Part shown: positions 53,378 through 64,000 of the stretch, in pieces
Numbering within the stretch: the first letter of the stretch is position 1
Layout of the letters: every line of letters begins with the position of its first letter
Source: Prochlorococcus sp. AG-363-C20
Lineage (GTDB): Bacteria > Cyanobacteriota > Cyanobacteriia > PCC-6307 > Cyanobiaceae
Direction: 5' to 3'
Assembly: GCA_003280295.1 (NCBI GenBank)
Contig: QCFI01000004.1
Location: 9,530-73,529, forward strand
Length of the DNA stretch: 64,000 bases
The notes under the pieces: model-generated
Database searches by the model: none
Told to the model about the DNA's origin: nothing
The model's input: only the letters and a program-made list of their open reading frames with translations
Program-made: the position numbers and the translations under genes

Positions 53378-54283
53378 TTAGATTATATCTATAAGCTTTT
53401 CAAGCTCGTTTTTTGCTATTAAATACTTAGTGCTACAAAAGTGGCAAATTAATTCTGCTTTTTCATCTTCATCAATGATTGTTTGTAATTCTTCTCTCCC
53501 AAGTAGCCTGAGAGCATTGAGGCTTCGCTTTCTAGAACATCCACACTTGTAACTTACTTCTTGATATGTATCGGTGCCTTTTAAAAGTTTGGAGTCAAGA
53601 TTCGGGAAAATATCTTTCAGGAGCTTAGAAAGGTCATCCTGACAGTCTTCAAGTCTTTCACTGAAACAATTTATTTGTCTGCACTGTTCTTCTAATAATT
53701 TTATTAAGGCAGGCTCATGAGCTGCTTTTGGAAGAACTTGTACTAATAGCCCTCCTGAGCATTTTAATTTGTTTTTTAAGATTTTTTCTCCAACAAAAAC
53801 CGCTGATGGAGTTTGTTCTGAGTGGAGGAGATAGGAGGCAATGTCTTCTCCTATTTCGCCTTTGACGAGTTCTACTGTGCTACTAAATGGCTCTCCTTTG
53901 CCTTCGTCATGCAAGACATGTAAATAGCCAGTTCCTGTAGCAGATTTAAAGTCGAATGAGAACTCGCTATTCTTATTTTTGATTAGATCCATTTCTAAAG
54001 TTGGATTTCCTACATAACCTCTAACAGTTCCATCTCTGCCTGCATCGACCATTAGTCCGCGCAGGGGTCCATCTGCTTTTACTCTGAGATTGACTCTTCC
54101 ATAATTAACTTTCATTGAACTTGCAAGTAATAGAGCTGCACTCATAGCGCGTCCAAGTATGGCTGTTGTCAGATAAGAGAGTGAGTGTCTTCGTCGTGCT
54201 TCTGTTGTTACTTGTGTTGTGGAGACGGCTACTAGTCTTATTCCTCCTGCTGCTGCTGTGGCTCTAACTAAACGATCAGGCAT
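53378..54283 (-). CDS. hslO: Hsp33 redox chaperone
   Basis: SEQTPS, CGCS, CHFC. Confidence 0.96.
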   Translation of the reverse strand: MPDRLVRATAAAGGIRLVAVSTTQVTTEARRRHSLSYLTTAILGRAMSAALLLASSMKVNYGRVNLRVKADGPLRGLMVDAGRDGTVRGYVGNPTLEMDLIKNKNSEFSFDFKSATGTGYLHVLHDEGKGEPFSSTVELVKGEIGEDIASYLLHSEQTPSAVFVGEKILKNKLKCSGGLLVQVLPKAAHEPALIKLLEEQCRQINCFSERLEDCQDDLSKLLKDIFPNLDSKLLKGTDTYQEVSYKCGCSRKRSLNALRLLGREELQTIIDEDEKAELICHFCSTKYLIAKNELEKLIDII

Positions 54284-54300
54284 AGATATTTATTTTGGAC

Positions 54301-54978
54301 TTAGCTCAATTTACTCATAGGCCATAGCTTGCCTTCTTTAAGTACATAAGTTGAGCTCAATAAGTTCTTGAAGAGCTCTGGCTCATGAGTGACAACAATT
54401 AAGATTTGTTCTTTTGAAAGCTCTGCTAGTAGCTCAAGAACTTCATAGCGTACTGACCAATCAAGACCGGCTGTTGGTTCGTCCAGTAAAAGAATACTTG
54501 GCTTCCTTAGTAATTGCACTGCAATGGCTAAGCGACGTTGTTGTCCTCCGCTTAATCGCTCAGGTTTTTTTCGAAGATCAACTTTAGAGAGACCAACTGT
54601 TTTAAGGACAGCGGCTTGAGACTCCCCACTTAGTCGACGGTGTCCTAATCGTAATTCTTGTGCAATTGTTAATCCTAGGAAATAGCGCTCAGGAAATTGA
54701 AATACCACTCCACTTATACATCTTCTTTGACGGGCTTTAATTAGTTTATTTTTCCAATAAATCACACCTTTTTGTGGGTTGCTTAATCCACTGATTACTT
54801 CTACAAGAGTTGTTTTCCCACTCCCGCTGGCTCCAGCTATTAAAGTCGGTTGACCTGAACCTGCTTGGAGATTCACTCCTTTCAATATGGGTGTATTGGC
54901 AGTTGCTGGTTGATAGTGAAGTCTTTTTAGCTCTAGCATTCGAATAATGTTTTTACCAAACACTCTTATATTGAACAA
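54301..54978 (-). CDS. Stand-alone ABC ATPase (ECF/CbiO-like)
   Basis: GASGSGKT, VFQFPE, LSGGQQRR, LDEPTAGLD. Confidence 0.9.
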   Translation of the reverse strand: MFNIRVFGKNIIRMLELKRLHYQPATANTPILKGVNLQAGSGQPTLIAGASGSGKTTLVEVISGLSNPQKGVIYWKNKLIKARQRRCISGVVFQFPERYFLGLTIAQELRLGHRRLSGESQAAVLKTVGLSKVDLRKKPERLSGGQQRRLAIAVQLLRKPSILLLDEPTAGLDWSVRYEVLELLAELSKEQILIVVTHEPELFKNLLSSTYVLKEGKLWPMSKLS

Positions 54979-55044
54979 TCTACAATTTTCGGGTAATGCT
55001 CACTTGCCTTATGCAAGTGATACTAGATACATTCTCTTGATTTT

Positions 55045-55494
55045 ATGAAAGTTCGTTTTCGGGAAGTGGATCCGTTTAACTGTTGGATTTGGCTTCGTTT
55101 TCATAATGCTCCAAGCAAAGTTGAAAAGGATTATGTTGATGGTGTCTTTGATAGTTGGTATGTAATTGGTCGTTTAGGTGGCTTTAATGCCTCAAACCTT
55201 CAGTCTCAGGAAGAGGGCTCTAATTTGAGTTGGATGAGTTATGACAATGATGAAATTGCAAGTGTTTTACCAGCCTTAATGCATAATATTGGTCATTTAG
55301 AATATCAAAACGAGTGGGCCCGGTGTTGGGTTGATTTAGGTACTTGCGATGCATTAGCACTAGATATATTGATAAATGCTTTGCAACAAACAAATGTTGA
55401 TTTTGTCCAAATAGAGGAATTATGTATTGGTGGAATAAATGAGGATTGGATAGTTGAGGATCATCCTGATGCAATCTTTTCAAAAGGGGCTTAG
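55045..55494 (+). CDS. DUF3531 family protein
   Basis: FRE.DPFNCWIW, SWYVIGRLGGFN, RCWVDLGT. Confidence 0.85.
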   Translation: MKVRFREVDPFNCWIWLRFHNAPSKVEKDYVDGVFDSWYVIGRLGGFNASNLQSQEEGSNLSWMSYDNDEIASVLPALMHNIGHLEYQNEWARCWVDLGTCDALALDILINALQQTNVDFVQIEELCIGGINEDWIVEDHPDAIFSKGA

Positions 55495-55502
55495 AAGTTT
55501 TC

Positions 55503-56270
55503 GTGGCTGAGTTGAGACGTTTACTTATCGAAAATTTTCGATTAAAGGCAAATATTGGAATTGATGGAGTTTTGCCCTTGAATTCGCATGAAAAGCATTA
55601 TTTAAAGCGTGTTTTACGCCTTCGGCGAGGTGATGCCATTGCCGTGCTAGATGGCGTGGGCCATCTTTGGGAAGCTACTCTATTAGGAGTCGACTCAATA
55701 CGCCTTTCTTCGTCTCTTGATTGTCCGTTAGAAACACAACCTCGCCCTAAACCTTTGATTGGGTTAGCAGTTGTTTTACCGAAAAGAGGTTTTAGTGAGA
55801 TGCTTCGAATGAGTTGTGAGATTGGAGTCGATATTATTCAGCCACTTTGTTCCGAACGAAGTGTTGTACACATAGACAAAGCCAAAAAAAGTAGTCGTTG
55901 GGAAGGAATCCTTCGGGAGGCTGTTGAGCAGTCTGAACGTCTTTGGATTCCAGAATTTCGTAGCATTATTCATGTCAGCGAGTGGTTAAAAGAAAAACCT
56001 TCAAAGGCATCCTTTGCTTTTGCTTCAACTCGACTGCCAGGGTCAAATGATCTTCAATTTTGGATGATGGGAATTGAGCAGAAAATAGATCAGATTTATG
56101 TCGCTATAGGGCCGGAGGGGGGGTGGACTCCGAAAGAACAGGCTTTGGCGAAGGAGTTAAGTTGTATTGACGTTCAATTGGGTGAGTCAATCATGAGAAC
56201 ATCAACCGCAGCTGTAGTGGCAACTAAGTTAATGGTGGATTGGAGGAGAAATAGTTCTCTTTGTATCTAG
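55503..56270 (+). CDS. rsmE: 16S rRNA m3U1498 methyltransferase
   Basis: HYLKRVLRL, EAVEQSER, IGPEGGW, IMRTSTA. Confidence 0.95.
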   Translation: MAELRRLLIENFRLKANIGIDGVLPLNSHEKHYLKRVLRLRRGDAIAVLDGVGHLWEATLLGVDSIRLSSSLDCPLETQPRPKPLIGLAVVLPKRGFSEMLRMSCEIGVDIIQPLCSERSVVHIDKAKKSSRWEGILREAVEQSERLWIPEFRSIIHVSEWLKEKPSKASFAFASTRLPGSNDLQFWMMGIEQKIDQIYVAIGPEGGWTPKEQALAKELSCIDVQLGESIMRTSTAAVVATKLMVDWRRNSSLCI

Positions 56271-56328
56271 TTTTTTTCTTTTGAGTTTTTAAAGGCATGA
56301 TTGGGTTTCTTTAGATTATTTCTGCAGT

Positions 56329-57075
56329 GTGATGTTTTCATTTATCCCTCTTGACTCTCAATGGTTTTGGGCTTTCTGCCTAAATGTAATTTTGATTGCT
56401 ATTGCTCAAAATTTGCCATTGCTTACTCGATCTGGTTGGGTTCATGCTGGAGGACTCGGCACAATTCTTTGGGGATGCCTGGGTTGGCGAGGATGGTTAT
56501 CTGTTGTTCTTTATCTTTTGCTTGGTTCATTGGTTACAAGGCTAGGATTTTCTCGTAAGCAACAGGCAGGTCTTGCTGAAGGACGTGGTGGTCGACGTGG
56601 CCCTGAGAACTTATGGGGGTCTGCTGCTACTGGTGCTGTGTTGGCAATTTTAATTGGAGCAAAACTTGGCTCGGAGAATTTGTTGCTTGTTGGTTTTGCT
56701 GCAAGTTTCGCTGCGAAGTTAGCAGATACTTTTGGTAGTGAAATTGGTAAGCGATGGGGAACTAGGACTGTCCTTATTACTACATTTAGGTCTGTCCCAG
56801 CCGGCACAGATGGAGCAATAAGCATTGAAGGGACGTTGGCTAGTGCTTTAGGAAGTTTCTTAATGACATTATGTACGGTTGGCTTTTATTTTGTTGAGAT
56901 AGGATCTTTTGCAGTTCTTGTCTTTATCTCAGGTCTCTTAGCAACTTTGTTTGAGAGTTTGCTTGGTGCTGTCTTACAAAAAAAATTTACTTGCCTTACT
57001 AATGAGGTGGTTAATGGTTTGCAAACAAGCTTTTCAGCTTTGTTCGCAATGACTATTGCCTCTATTTTGTACTAA
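56329..57075 (+). CDS. DUF92/TIGR00297 membrane protein
   Basis: RGPENLWGS, ADTFGSEIG, GTDGAIS.EGT. Confidence 0.9.
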   Translation: MMFSFIPLDSQWFWAFCLNVILIAIAQNLPLLTRSGWVHAGGLGTILWGCLGWRGWLSVVLYLLLGSLVTRLGFSRKQQAGLAEGRGGRRGPENLWGSAATGAVLAILIGAKLGSENLLLVGFAASFAAKLADTFGSEIGKRWGTRTVLITTFRSVPAGTDGAISIEGTLASALGSFLMTLCTVGFYFVEIGSFAVLVFISGLLATLFESLLGAVLQKKFTCLTNEVVNGLQTSFSALFAMTIASILY

Positions 57076-57092
57076 TTTAGTGATAGTGGCTT

Positions 57093-57770
57093 TTAATAAT
57101 ATGAAGGAGTCAAGTTTTCTAGAGGCTTAAGTTCGGCCCATTGAAGGAGGGAAGGCCAGCACATTAATTTTCTTGTGATCCAAGAATGTCCTTCTGCATT
57201 CAAATGAATACCATCTGGTTCAATCCATTGCATCCAATTTGGTTCGGTAACCATTGCGTGATGTAGTGGTAGGAATGGGATATCAAGTTCTAAGCAAGCC
57301 GCTTCAATTTGTGCTTCATAAATTGAAGCGGCTTCATTTGAATACCAAAGACATTGGGCAAATGGCATCACTGCCTCGTCAACTGCTGTTAGACCCATCA
57401 CCATTACATTGGTTTGATTCTTCATCTGTTTAAGAAGTTGTAGGAGACCAAAGTTGAAGGCCTGTGATGAAAGTTGTGGACGACCATCTGGTCTCCCTAC
57501 TCGTGCTGTGTCATTGATCCCTACTGATATCAATAGTCCATCCGGTACTTGTCTCCGTAATTCTCCTCGACAATTCCATTCATTCTCCCATCGTTGTGCA
57601 ACGTTTTCCAAGCCATCTCCACGTATACCTAAGGAGTACAAAACAGGTGCTTTAGGCGAACTCATCCAATTTCGACGGAGTCTTTCACACCACCCACCCT
57701 CTTCACGATCTCCCCAGCCATATACTCCACTATCTCCAATGACAATGAGTCGTTTTGGGGTCTTTATCAT
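57093..57770 (-). CDS. SGNH/GDSL hydrolase
   Basis: GDSG, GIND, DGIH. Confidence 0.92.
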   Translation of the reverse strand: MIKTPKRLIVIGDSGVYGWGDREEGGWCERLRRNWMSSPKAPVLYSLGIRGDGLENVAQRWENEWNCRGELRRQVPDGLLISVGINDTARVGRPDGRPQLSSQAFNFGLLQLLKQMKNQTNVMVMGLTAVDEAVMPFAQCLWYSNEAASIYEAQIEAACLELDIPFLPLHHAMVTEPNWMQWIEPDGIHLNAEGHSWITRKLMCWPSLLQWAELKPLENLTPSYY

Positions 57771-57788
57771 TTTACTAGTATAGAAAAA

Positions 57789-59354
57789 TTATTTCTGAAA
57801 GAAAAGAATTTGAGGATCTTTAGTTGTTGATTTGATCCAATATTGACGTACTTTTCTGCTTAAACTTTCTCCAATTAAAGTTAAAATGCTATAGGCAGTA
57901 GTTATCCAGATGACCTGAGGCCAATTAAAGGAACTTATTGATTCTTGTAGTTGCCATCCAAGACCAACACCTCCAACTACACCTACTACTGCAGTTTCGC
58001 GCAATAGAACATCTGTCCTATAGGCCGCATAAGCAAGATAACTGCTGCTGTATGGACTTAGATGTCCATATAACCAAGCGAGACGATTATTTGAACCAGA
58101 GGAGTGTATTGCTATATATAAATTGTTGCTTTGATGACTTATCCCTTCCTTAAGAAGACGTCCCATTACTCCAAGATTTTGAAGCCCAAGAGCTAAGGCT
58201 GCCACTGAGATATTCGGGTTCGTACAGAGTAATAAAAGTAGAGCAGAGAGTGGAGGAGGAATTAATCTAAGTAGTGACCATATAGAGCTTTGGATTATTG
58301 CTCCTGTTTTTGTTGGCCATAACATCATTCCTAATGGAGGTAAACCTATTGAAAAACCTGCCGCAAGAATAGTCAATAAAATTGTAGTGCCGATGAGAGT
58401 TATTAATGGCAGTTCATGAAATGCTTCTTTCATTTCAACGATTGTTGGCAAGGGACTTGGATGCCATTTAAAAGTTGAAACTAAATTAACATCTAGTATT
58501 TTGAGCCATAAAATACTAATAATTATAGTTGTTAGTATTGCTCCAATAAAGACCAATAATTGCTTTTCATATTTGTTTGTTAAGGGTGGATACTGACGGT
58601 ACCAATTTAAAAATGTTTCGAAGCTGATCATGACCACACCAAGCATCCATAATGATGTCCACATTTCTCTAAATTCAAGAGATTGAAGAGTTAATTGCAA
58701 CTCGGTACCGACTCCACCCAATCCAAATACACCTAGTATTGTTGCCCCACGTAAAGCGCATTCCAGTTGGTAACCTCCGTAACTGTTGATTACAGGAATC
58801 ATTGACGGCACTAAAGTTGTTATTAAGGCAGAGAAAGGAGAAGCGCCGCTTTGTTGTAGGGCAATAAGAGCTCTATGGTCGAGACTATCTATTTGATCAG
58901 ATAAAACTCTTGCGACTAAACATGAATATGGAATGCAGATTGCAATAATTGCTACCCATTGACTTATCCCAAATAATTGTAAAAGAAGCAAACCCCAGAT
59001 CAATTCGTGAATGCTCCTAGGAATAGCTAATAGTTTTCTTAAAAGTGATCCTTTCCATTGGGAAAGCTCAAATACTTGCCAAAAAATATTTGAGCTCAAT
59101 AAGCCCAGTATTGTCCCTATTAATGTGCTGATTACCCAGCCAAGTAAGGCAGTAGCAATAGTGATTTGTATTCCCCGCCATGCACTTTGAAGTACTATCG
59201 GCTCTAGCGATGGCTGTATAGATGCCGAAAGGAATCTATACAAGATATTCAGTCCACCATTATGAGCCCCCGCTAGTACGCTGCTTATAACTGGTATGAG
59301 GGCAAGTGCGGGCAAAATAGTAATTATTGGGGCTGCAAGATTTGGCTGTCTCAT
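57789..59354 (-). CDS. phnE: Phosphonate/phosphite ABC permease (duplicated domain)
   Basis: Two repeats with R.A..LG..G.GG.G..L. Confidence 0.88.
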   Translation of the reverse strand: MRQPNLAAPIITILPALALIPVISSVLAGAHNGGLNILYRFLSASIQPSLEPIVLQSAWRGIQITIATALLGWVISTLIGTILGLLSSNIFWQVFELSQWKGSLLRKLLAIPRSIHELIWGLLLLQLFGISQWVAIIAICIPYSCLVARVLSDQIDSLDHRALIALQQSGASPFSALITTLVPSMIPVINSYGGYQLECALRGATILGVFGLGGVGTELQLTLQSLEFREMWTSLWMLGVVMISFETFLNWYRQYPPLTNKYEKQLLVFIGAILTTIIISILWLKILDVNLVSTFKWHPSPLPTIVEMKEAFHELPLITLIGTTILLTILAAGFSIGLPPLGMMLWPTKTGAIIQSSIWSLLRLIPPPLSALLLLLCTNPNISVAALALGLQNLGVMGRLLKEGISHQSNNLYIAIHSSGSNNRLAWLYGHLSPYSSSYLAYAAYRTDVLLRETAVVGVVGGVGLGWQLQESISSFNWPQVIWITTAYSILTLIGESLSRKVRQYWIKSTTKDPQILFFQK

Positions 59355-60094
59355 CTTTCTTCGTAGAGTGCATGGATTTCGTAAGGAGCTAAATTATTTG
59401 TTGAGCAATCGAGAACTATTTGTCCTTTCTTTAATCCAATTACACGGTTGAAATGTTGAAGCAGATCAGGACGGTGGAGACTGATAAGACAAGTTTCTGG
59501 AATGTTGATGGAGTGAATTACCTTTTTGCCTAGTAATAACTGGAGCACTTCAGTAGTAAGCTTAGGATCCAGTCCTGAAAGAGGTTCGTCAGCAAGCAAT
59601 AATTCTGCATGTTGTCGTAGTACACGTGCTATCGCTACTCGTTGTCGTTGACCTCCTGAAAGATCTTGAACTGATACATCCAGAAATTTACCTTCTAATC
59701 CAGTCGCCTCAAGATAGGCTAAACATGCTTGTCTTTCAATTAGTCCAAGTAAGTTTCCAAGAGCCCAGAACAAATTGTGCTGCCCTAGAGCACCAGCATT
59801 AATATTCTGAGCAACAGTTAATTCTTCTACTAACCTTAGATCTTGCCAAAGTGTTGCTATTTTCCTACGTTGACTAGCGCTTAAGTCGCTTAGCTTTATC
59901 CCACGCCATTTAACTATGCCAGTATTTGGCTGTAGAGTTCCGTTTGCAATTGCTAGCAGTGTGGTTTTACCAGCACCGCTTTGGCCTAAAAGAGCAACCT
60001 TCTCTCCAGAGCTTATGGATAGGTGAATGTCTTTTAGGCATTCTTCAGAACCCCTGTGTACATAAATTCCTTTTAGATCAAGTAGCTTTGTCAC
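59351..60094 (-). CDS. phnC: Phosphonate/phosphite ABC ATPase
   Basis: GQSGAGKT, LSGGQRQRVAIAR, ADEP. Confidence 0.9.
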   Translation of the reverse strand: MTKLLDLKGIYVHRGSEECLKDIHLSISSGEKVALLGQSGAGKTTLLAIANGTLQPNTGIVKWRGIKLSDLSASQRRKIATLWQDLRLVEELTVAQNINAGALGQHNLFWALGNLLGLIERQACLAYLEATGLEGKFLDVSVQDLSGGQRQRVAIARVLRQHAELLLADEPLSGLDPKLTTEVLQLLLGKKVIHSINIPETCLISLHRPDLLQHFNRVIGLKKGQIVLDCSTNNLAPYEIHALYEER

Positions 60095-60993
60095 TTAATC
60101 TTTCCAAGTTGACGTCCTATCCGTTCTATATCTATATATTGATAGTCATAAGCTTTAATGAAGCGATTAGCTCCAAACAAACTTAGAATTTTGGACTGCT
60201 TGGTTGAATTTTTGCTTAACCCTAGAAGAGTTTCTTGAAGTTTGTTTGTGAATCTTTTTCCAAATCTCTCGTCAAGATCAGGTTGTACCAGCCAGTGATA
60301 GTCGGGATAGGGAGGTGTCTCCCAAATCAATATGACTTTTGATTTGTCAACTTTTCCTTTCTTTATATTGGCTTCCCAAACTTGTTTGTTAAGGACTCCA
60401 GCCTCATATGAGCCACTCTGAACTAGTGCTAATGTTGCATCATGACTTCCACTGAAGCCAGGACGTTTCCCTTTGAAGTCGCTTAATTTTATGCCTACTT
60501 GTTGGAGAAAATGTTGAGGCATCAGCCGCCCTGAGGTAGAACTCTGTGAACCGAATGTGAACCTCTTTCCCTTTAGATGAATGAGTTCTGATTGGTTTTG
60601 GAGCACTGGAATGCGACTTGCAGAATTCGCTATAAAGACACTTTGAAATTCAGGGTCAATATCCCTTTGGGCTAGTACTTTCGCTCCAGGTCTTTGTATT
60701 CGGGCTTGTACACCTGTAAGTCCTCCAAACCAAACAAGGTCTAGATTGCCTGTCCGAAAAGCACTAACTGCTGCTGGATAGTTTGTAACAGGTATGTATC
60801 GAACAGGTACATCAAGTTTTTTGCTTAATTCAGATGAGAGAAGCCCATATAAACGATTAAGTTTTTCTGGGTGCTGATCAGGAATTGCACTTACAAATAA
60901 AGTTTGTTGAGCCCAAGAGAGTCTATTCGCAAATATTAGGGCAGTAAAAAGTAAGGAGGAGAAAAGGAACCAACGTCTTGTTGTACTAATCAT
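60091..60993 (-). CDS. phnD: PhnD-family substrate-binding protein
   Basis: SSTSG, GSHD, PYPDY. Confidence 0.9.
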   Translation of the reverse strand: MISTTRRWFLFSSLLFTALIFANRLSWAQQTLFVSAIPDQHPEKLNRLYGLLSSELSKKLDVPVRYIPVTNYPAAVSAFRTGNLDLVWFGGLTGVQARIQRPGAKVLAQRDIDPEFQSVFIANSASRIPVLQNQSELIHLKGKRFTFGSQSSTSGRLMPQHFLQQVGIKLSDFKGKRPGFSGSHDATLALVQSGSYEAGVLNKQVWEANIKKGKVDKSKVILIWETPPYPDYHWLVQPDLDERFGKRFTNKLQETLLGLSKNSTKQSKILSLFGANRFIKAYDYQYIDIERIGRQLGKIK

Positions 60994-61031
60994 GATACTA
61001 AGAATCTTTGTTCGGATGGTTAGAACTTTTA

Positions 61032-62210
61032 TTAGAGTTTATAAATAAATTCTTTTAGACGTTGAAGACCTTCTGAAATTATTTCACTAGAGGCTGCACA
61101 GGATACTCTTACACAATTATCTTCTCCAAAAGCCACTCCTGGAATTATTGCTAATCCAACTTCTTCCAGTGCACGCTCACAAAATCTTGTTGAATTTGGA
61201 CAATGTGCAGGTAATTTTGGGAAAGCGTAAAAAGCACCTTTAGGAGAAACAAGAGTTATCCCATGAATCCCTTTTAGCCCATCTATAAGTAACTCTCTCC
61301 GAGAGTTATACCTTTTCGCCATGGCTACAACACATTCTTTTGAGCCCTTTAAGGCTGCTAGTGCTCCACGTTGGGCAAAACTACAGACATTGCTGGTGCT
61401 TTGGCTTTGTAATGCAGTGGCTGCTTTGATTATCTTTGGATTGCCAGATAAATAACCAAGACGCCAACCTGTCATAGCCCAACCCTTAGCAAAACCATTT
61501 ACGGTGAAAATACGGTCGATTAGATCTGGTGCAACTGCGGCAAAACTGTAATGGGTTTCATCATCAGCAAGGATGAACTCGTAAATTTCATCTGACATCA
61601 CAAAAACATGAGGGTGCTTTCGAAGAATTTCTGCTATTTGCTCCATCTTGTTTTTGGGAATTATTCGACCTGTTGGATTGTTTGGTGAATTGAGTATTAA
61701 TAGTTTGGTTTGACTATTGATTGAGCTCTCTAAGACCTCAAGATCAAGGCTGAAACCAGTATCAGGGGAAGACGAGAGTTTTACAGGAATAGCTCCTGCT
61801 AAGAGGGTTATCTCTGGATAGCTCAACCAGTAAGGAGATGGGATTAAGACTTCATCTCCTGGATTGAGAATGACTTGAAAAAGATTGTATATCGCTTGTT
61901 TCCCTCCATTAGTAACCAAAACGTTTTCCGAGCTTGTTTGAATTTTGTTGAATTCTTTGAGTTTCAAAGCAATCGCTTCTCTTAATTCTGGATCTCCGGC
62001 GGCAGGCCCATAGCGAGTTATCCCATCATGAAGAGCTTGTATGGTTGCTTCAACAATGAATGCTGGTGTATCGAAATCAGGCTCTCCAGCACTAAGACTG
62101 CAGATATCTTTCCCCTCCTGCATCAAGGCTTTTGCTCTAGCACTAATAGCTAAAGTTAAGGAGGGTTGGAGGGCCACAGCCCGTTGGGAAATTAGTGACG
62201 GGTGTGGCAT
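61032..62210 (-). CDS. aspC: Aspartate aminotransferase (class I)
   Basis: GEPDF, NSPNNPTG, DEIYE, AKGWAMTGWRLG. Confidence 0.93.
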   Translation of the reverse strand: MPHPSLISQRAVALQPSLTLAISARAKALMQEGKDICSLSAGEPDFDTPAFIVEATIQALHDGITRYGPAAGDPELREAIALKLKEFNKIQTSSENVLVTNGGKQAIYNLFQVILNPGDEVLIPSPYWLSYPEITLLAGAIPVKLSSSPDTGFSLDLEVLESSINSQTKLLILNSPNNPTGRIIPKNKMEQIAEILRKHPHVFVMSDEIYEFILADDETHYSFAAVAPDLIDRIFTVNGFAKGWAMTGWRLGYLSGNPKIIKAATALQSQSTSNVCSFAQRGALAALKGSKECVVAMAKRYNSRRELLIDGLKGIHGITLVSPKGAFYAFPKLPAHCPNSTRFCERALEEVGLAIIPGVAFGEDNCVRVSCAASSEIISEGLQRLKEFIYKL

Positions 62211-62253
62211 AGGTGCAGCATCTTTTTGAGGATGTGCTTTTTAGATATATATA

Positions 62254-62793
62254 TTGCCTGATAAAAGGTGGGCCTGCCATTGCAATGATTCTCATCCACA
62301 TATTGCAATTCGAAACGCAATTTGTATTCAGGTCATTGTTTTGCTAGGAGTAGTTGTTATAGACATGAGTCTTAGACAACCCTTAATAGCTCTTCAGAAT
62401 TTTTGGATGTGTTCTATTCAGCCAAGTTTGCTTATAGCTTCTCATCATCCTCAAAAGCTCTCTAAGTTTTATGCATTTGCAACTTGTGGAGAGCTTCAAC
62501 CTGGCATAAATAATGATCATTACTTGATAATTCATCGTACTGGCATGAATATTCAAATTTATCGACCTTCACTTGGACGACCTTGGCCAAAGAGGGGCAA
62601 AGCCGCGGCATTATGCTTGCAGCAGAAATCTTCAATAAACCCTCTACTTTCTGTTAATGAATGGGTTGAACGCCTTATTTCTAGAGGCGCAGGTGTTGTT
62701 GAACGACCGAGGCTGGAACTATTTGGAGCTGAATCTTGGATGATCGATCCAGAGGGAAACTATTTTGTGATCTTTGTGCCAATAAATAAATAA
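62254..62793 (+). CDS. VOC/glyoxalase-like protein
   Basis: KLSKFY, FG..SW..DPEGN; true start probably internal (about 62407). Confidence 0.8.
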   Translation: MPDKRWACHCNDSHPHIAIRNAICIQVIVLLGVVVIDMSLRQPLIALQNFWMCSIQPSLLIASHHPQKLSKFYAFATCGELQPGINNDHYLIIHRTGMNIQIYRPSLGRPWPKRGKAAALCLQQKSSINPLLSVNEWVERLISRGAGVVERPRLELFGAESWMIDPEGNYFVIFVPINK

Positions 62794-62834
62794 TTCCGCT
62801 TAATATCTAGCTTGAGTTTCTGCTGAATATTCCT

Positions 62835-63422
62835 TTGACAGCAGAATTTTTAGATACCACTCTTTTTTGTAATTGTTGTGGTTCAAAGCAGCCATCAACT
62901 CAAGTTGTTGTTAGCCGAGGAAACCCATCTGCTCGTTTGATGTTGATTGGTGAGGCTCCAGGGGCCAGAGAAGATGAGTTAGGTGAGCCTTTCGTGGGGA
63001 GGTCCGGCAAAGTGTTAGATAAACTATTCAAAGATGTGGGTATTAACCCTCTTGAAGATGTCTTTATTTGTAATGTAGTTAAATGTAGACCTCCGAAAAA
63101 CCGACGGCCTACAAAAGAAGAGCTTTTAATTTCTTTCCCTTGGCTGAATCAGCAAATAGAACTTGTAGATCCTTGGGTCATTATCTTGTCTGGGTCTACA
63201 GCTGTTGAAGCCGTTTTAGGGCTAAAAGAAAAAATCACTAGCCTTAGGGGTGTTTGGCGAGCATGGGAGGGGAGAATGGTAATGCCACTTTTTCATCCTT
63301 CATACCTTTTAAGAAATCCTTCTAAAACTGAAGGCGGCCCAGTTGCTCTTACTCGTGGAGACCTCTTACAAGTAAAAAATAGGTTGAAAGATCTTCATAA
63401 GGCTATCGCTATGCCAATGTAG
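62835..63422 (+). CDS. udg: Uracil-DNA glycosylase, family 4
   Basis: GEAPG..ED..G.PFVG, NVVKCRPP.NR, HPSYLLR. Confidence 0.93.
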   Translation: MTAEFLDTTLFCNCCGSKQPSTQVVVSRGNPSARLMLIGEAPGAREDELGEPFVGRSGKVLDKLFKDVGINPLEDVFICNVVKCRPPKNRRPTKEELLISFPWLNQQIELVDPWVIILSGSTAVEAVLGLKEKITSLRGVWRAWEGRMVMPLFHPSYLLRNPSKTEGGPVALTRGDLLQVKNRLKDLHKAIAMPM

Positions 63423-63444
63423 GTTTTGAAAAGGAGTTCAAATT

Positions 63445-64000
63445 ATGATTGCCGATTTGGACCAAAATAGGGCCCAAAACTTGGCTAACTCTTCTCAGAG
63501 GTATGACACGCAGATACGCCGCCGTGTCACAAAAACAGTAATGGTTGGGGATATCGCTATTGGTAGTGAGCACCCTGTCAGGGTGCAGTCAATGATTAAT
63601 GAAGACACCCTTGATGTCGAGGAGTCAACAGCAGCCATTCGCAGATTGCATGAAATTGGTTGTGAAATGGTTAGACTTACGGTCCCGAGCCTTGGCCATG
63701 CTAAGGCTGTAGGAGAAATAAAAAAACTTTTAGAGAGTACTTATAAACCAGTCCCATTGGTTGCTGATGTTCACCATAATGGAATGAAAATCGCTCTAGA
63801 AGTTGCTAATCATGTAGAGAAGGTGCGAATTAATCCAGGGCTTTTTGTTTTTGAGAAACCAGATCCCAATCGAACAGAATTTACTCCTGAAGAAAATAAG
63901 GCTATAGGTGAGTTAATTACTCAAAGATTTGAACCATTAGTAAATACCTTAAAGCATCAAAATAAAGCGCTTCGTATAGGTGTAAACCATGGCTCTTTAG
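63445..64000 (+). CDS. ispG: HMBPP synthase (runs off the window)
   Basis: AAGGAG RBS; RRR.TKTV.VG...[33 protein letters not shown]; not in ORF track. Confidence 0.95.
   Translation, partial: MIADLDQNRAQNLANSSQRYDTQIRRRVTKTVMVGDIAIGSEHPVRVQSMINEDTLDVEESTAAIRRLHEIGCEMVRLTVPSLGHAKAVGEIKKLLESTYKPVPLVADVHHNGMKIALEVANHVEKVRINPGLFVFEKPDPNRTEFTPEENKAIGELITQRFEPLVNTLKHQNKALRIGVNHGSL

Overview
AT-rich marine picocyanobacterial chromosome, most likely a low-light Prochlorococcus (inferred from gene content and order). Core blocks are bolA-grxD-srrA-crtH-trmFO, crtL-mscS-fur-arsS-stpA-metY-metA, an amino-acid ABC transporter, sulP-cbiX, and nrdJ-prfC-hslO-rsmE-phnCDE-aspC-udg-ispG. Two islets rich in small genes interrupt them, one after tRNA-Lys(UUU) (about 5.9-13.3 kb) and one around tRNA-Ser(UGA) (about 41.2-47.5 kb). 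I saw no integrase, transposase, prophage or CRISPR. Main observations: (1) a 503-aa 'hypothetical' protein aligns motif by motif with GpsA-type glycerol-3-phosphate dehydrogenases and lies between stpA and a NahK-like sugar kinase; (2) tandem NrdR-box-like pairs occur at nrdJ and at three islet loci, each beside a candidate structured RNA or micro-ORF; (3) two convergent candidate sRNAs; (4) a cluster of DnaA-box-like motifs in front of a DUF2811 gene; (5) several micro-proteins missed by the ORF track, including NdhP. All calls are by eye and from recall; no searches were run.
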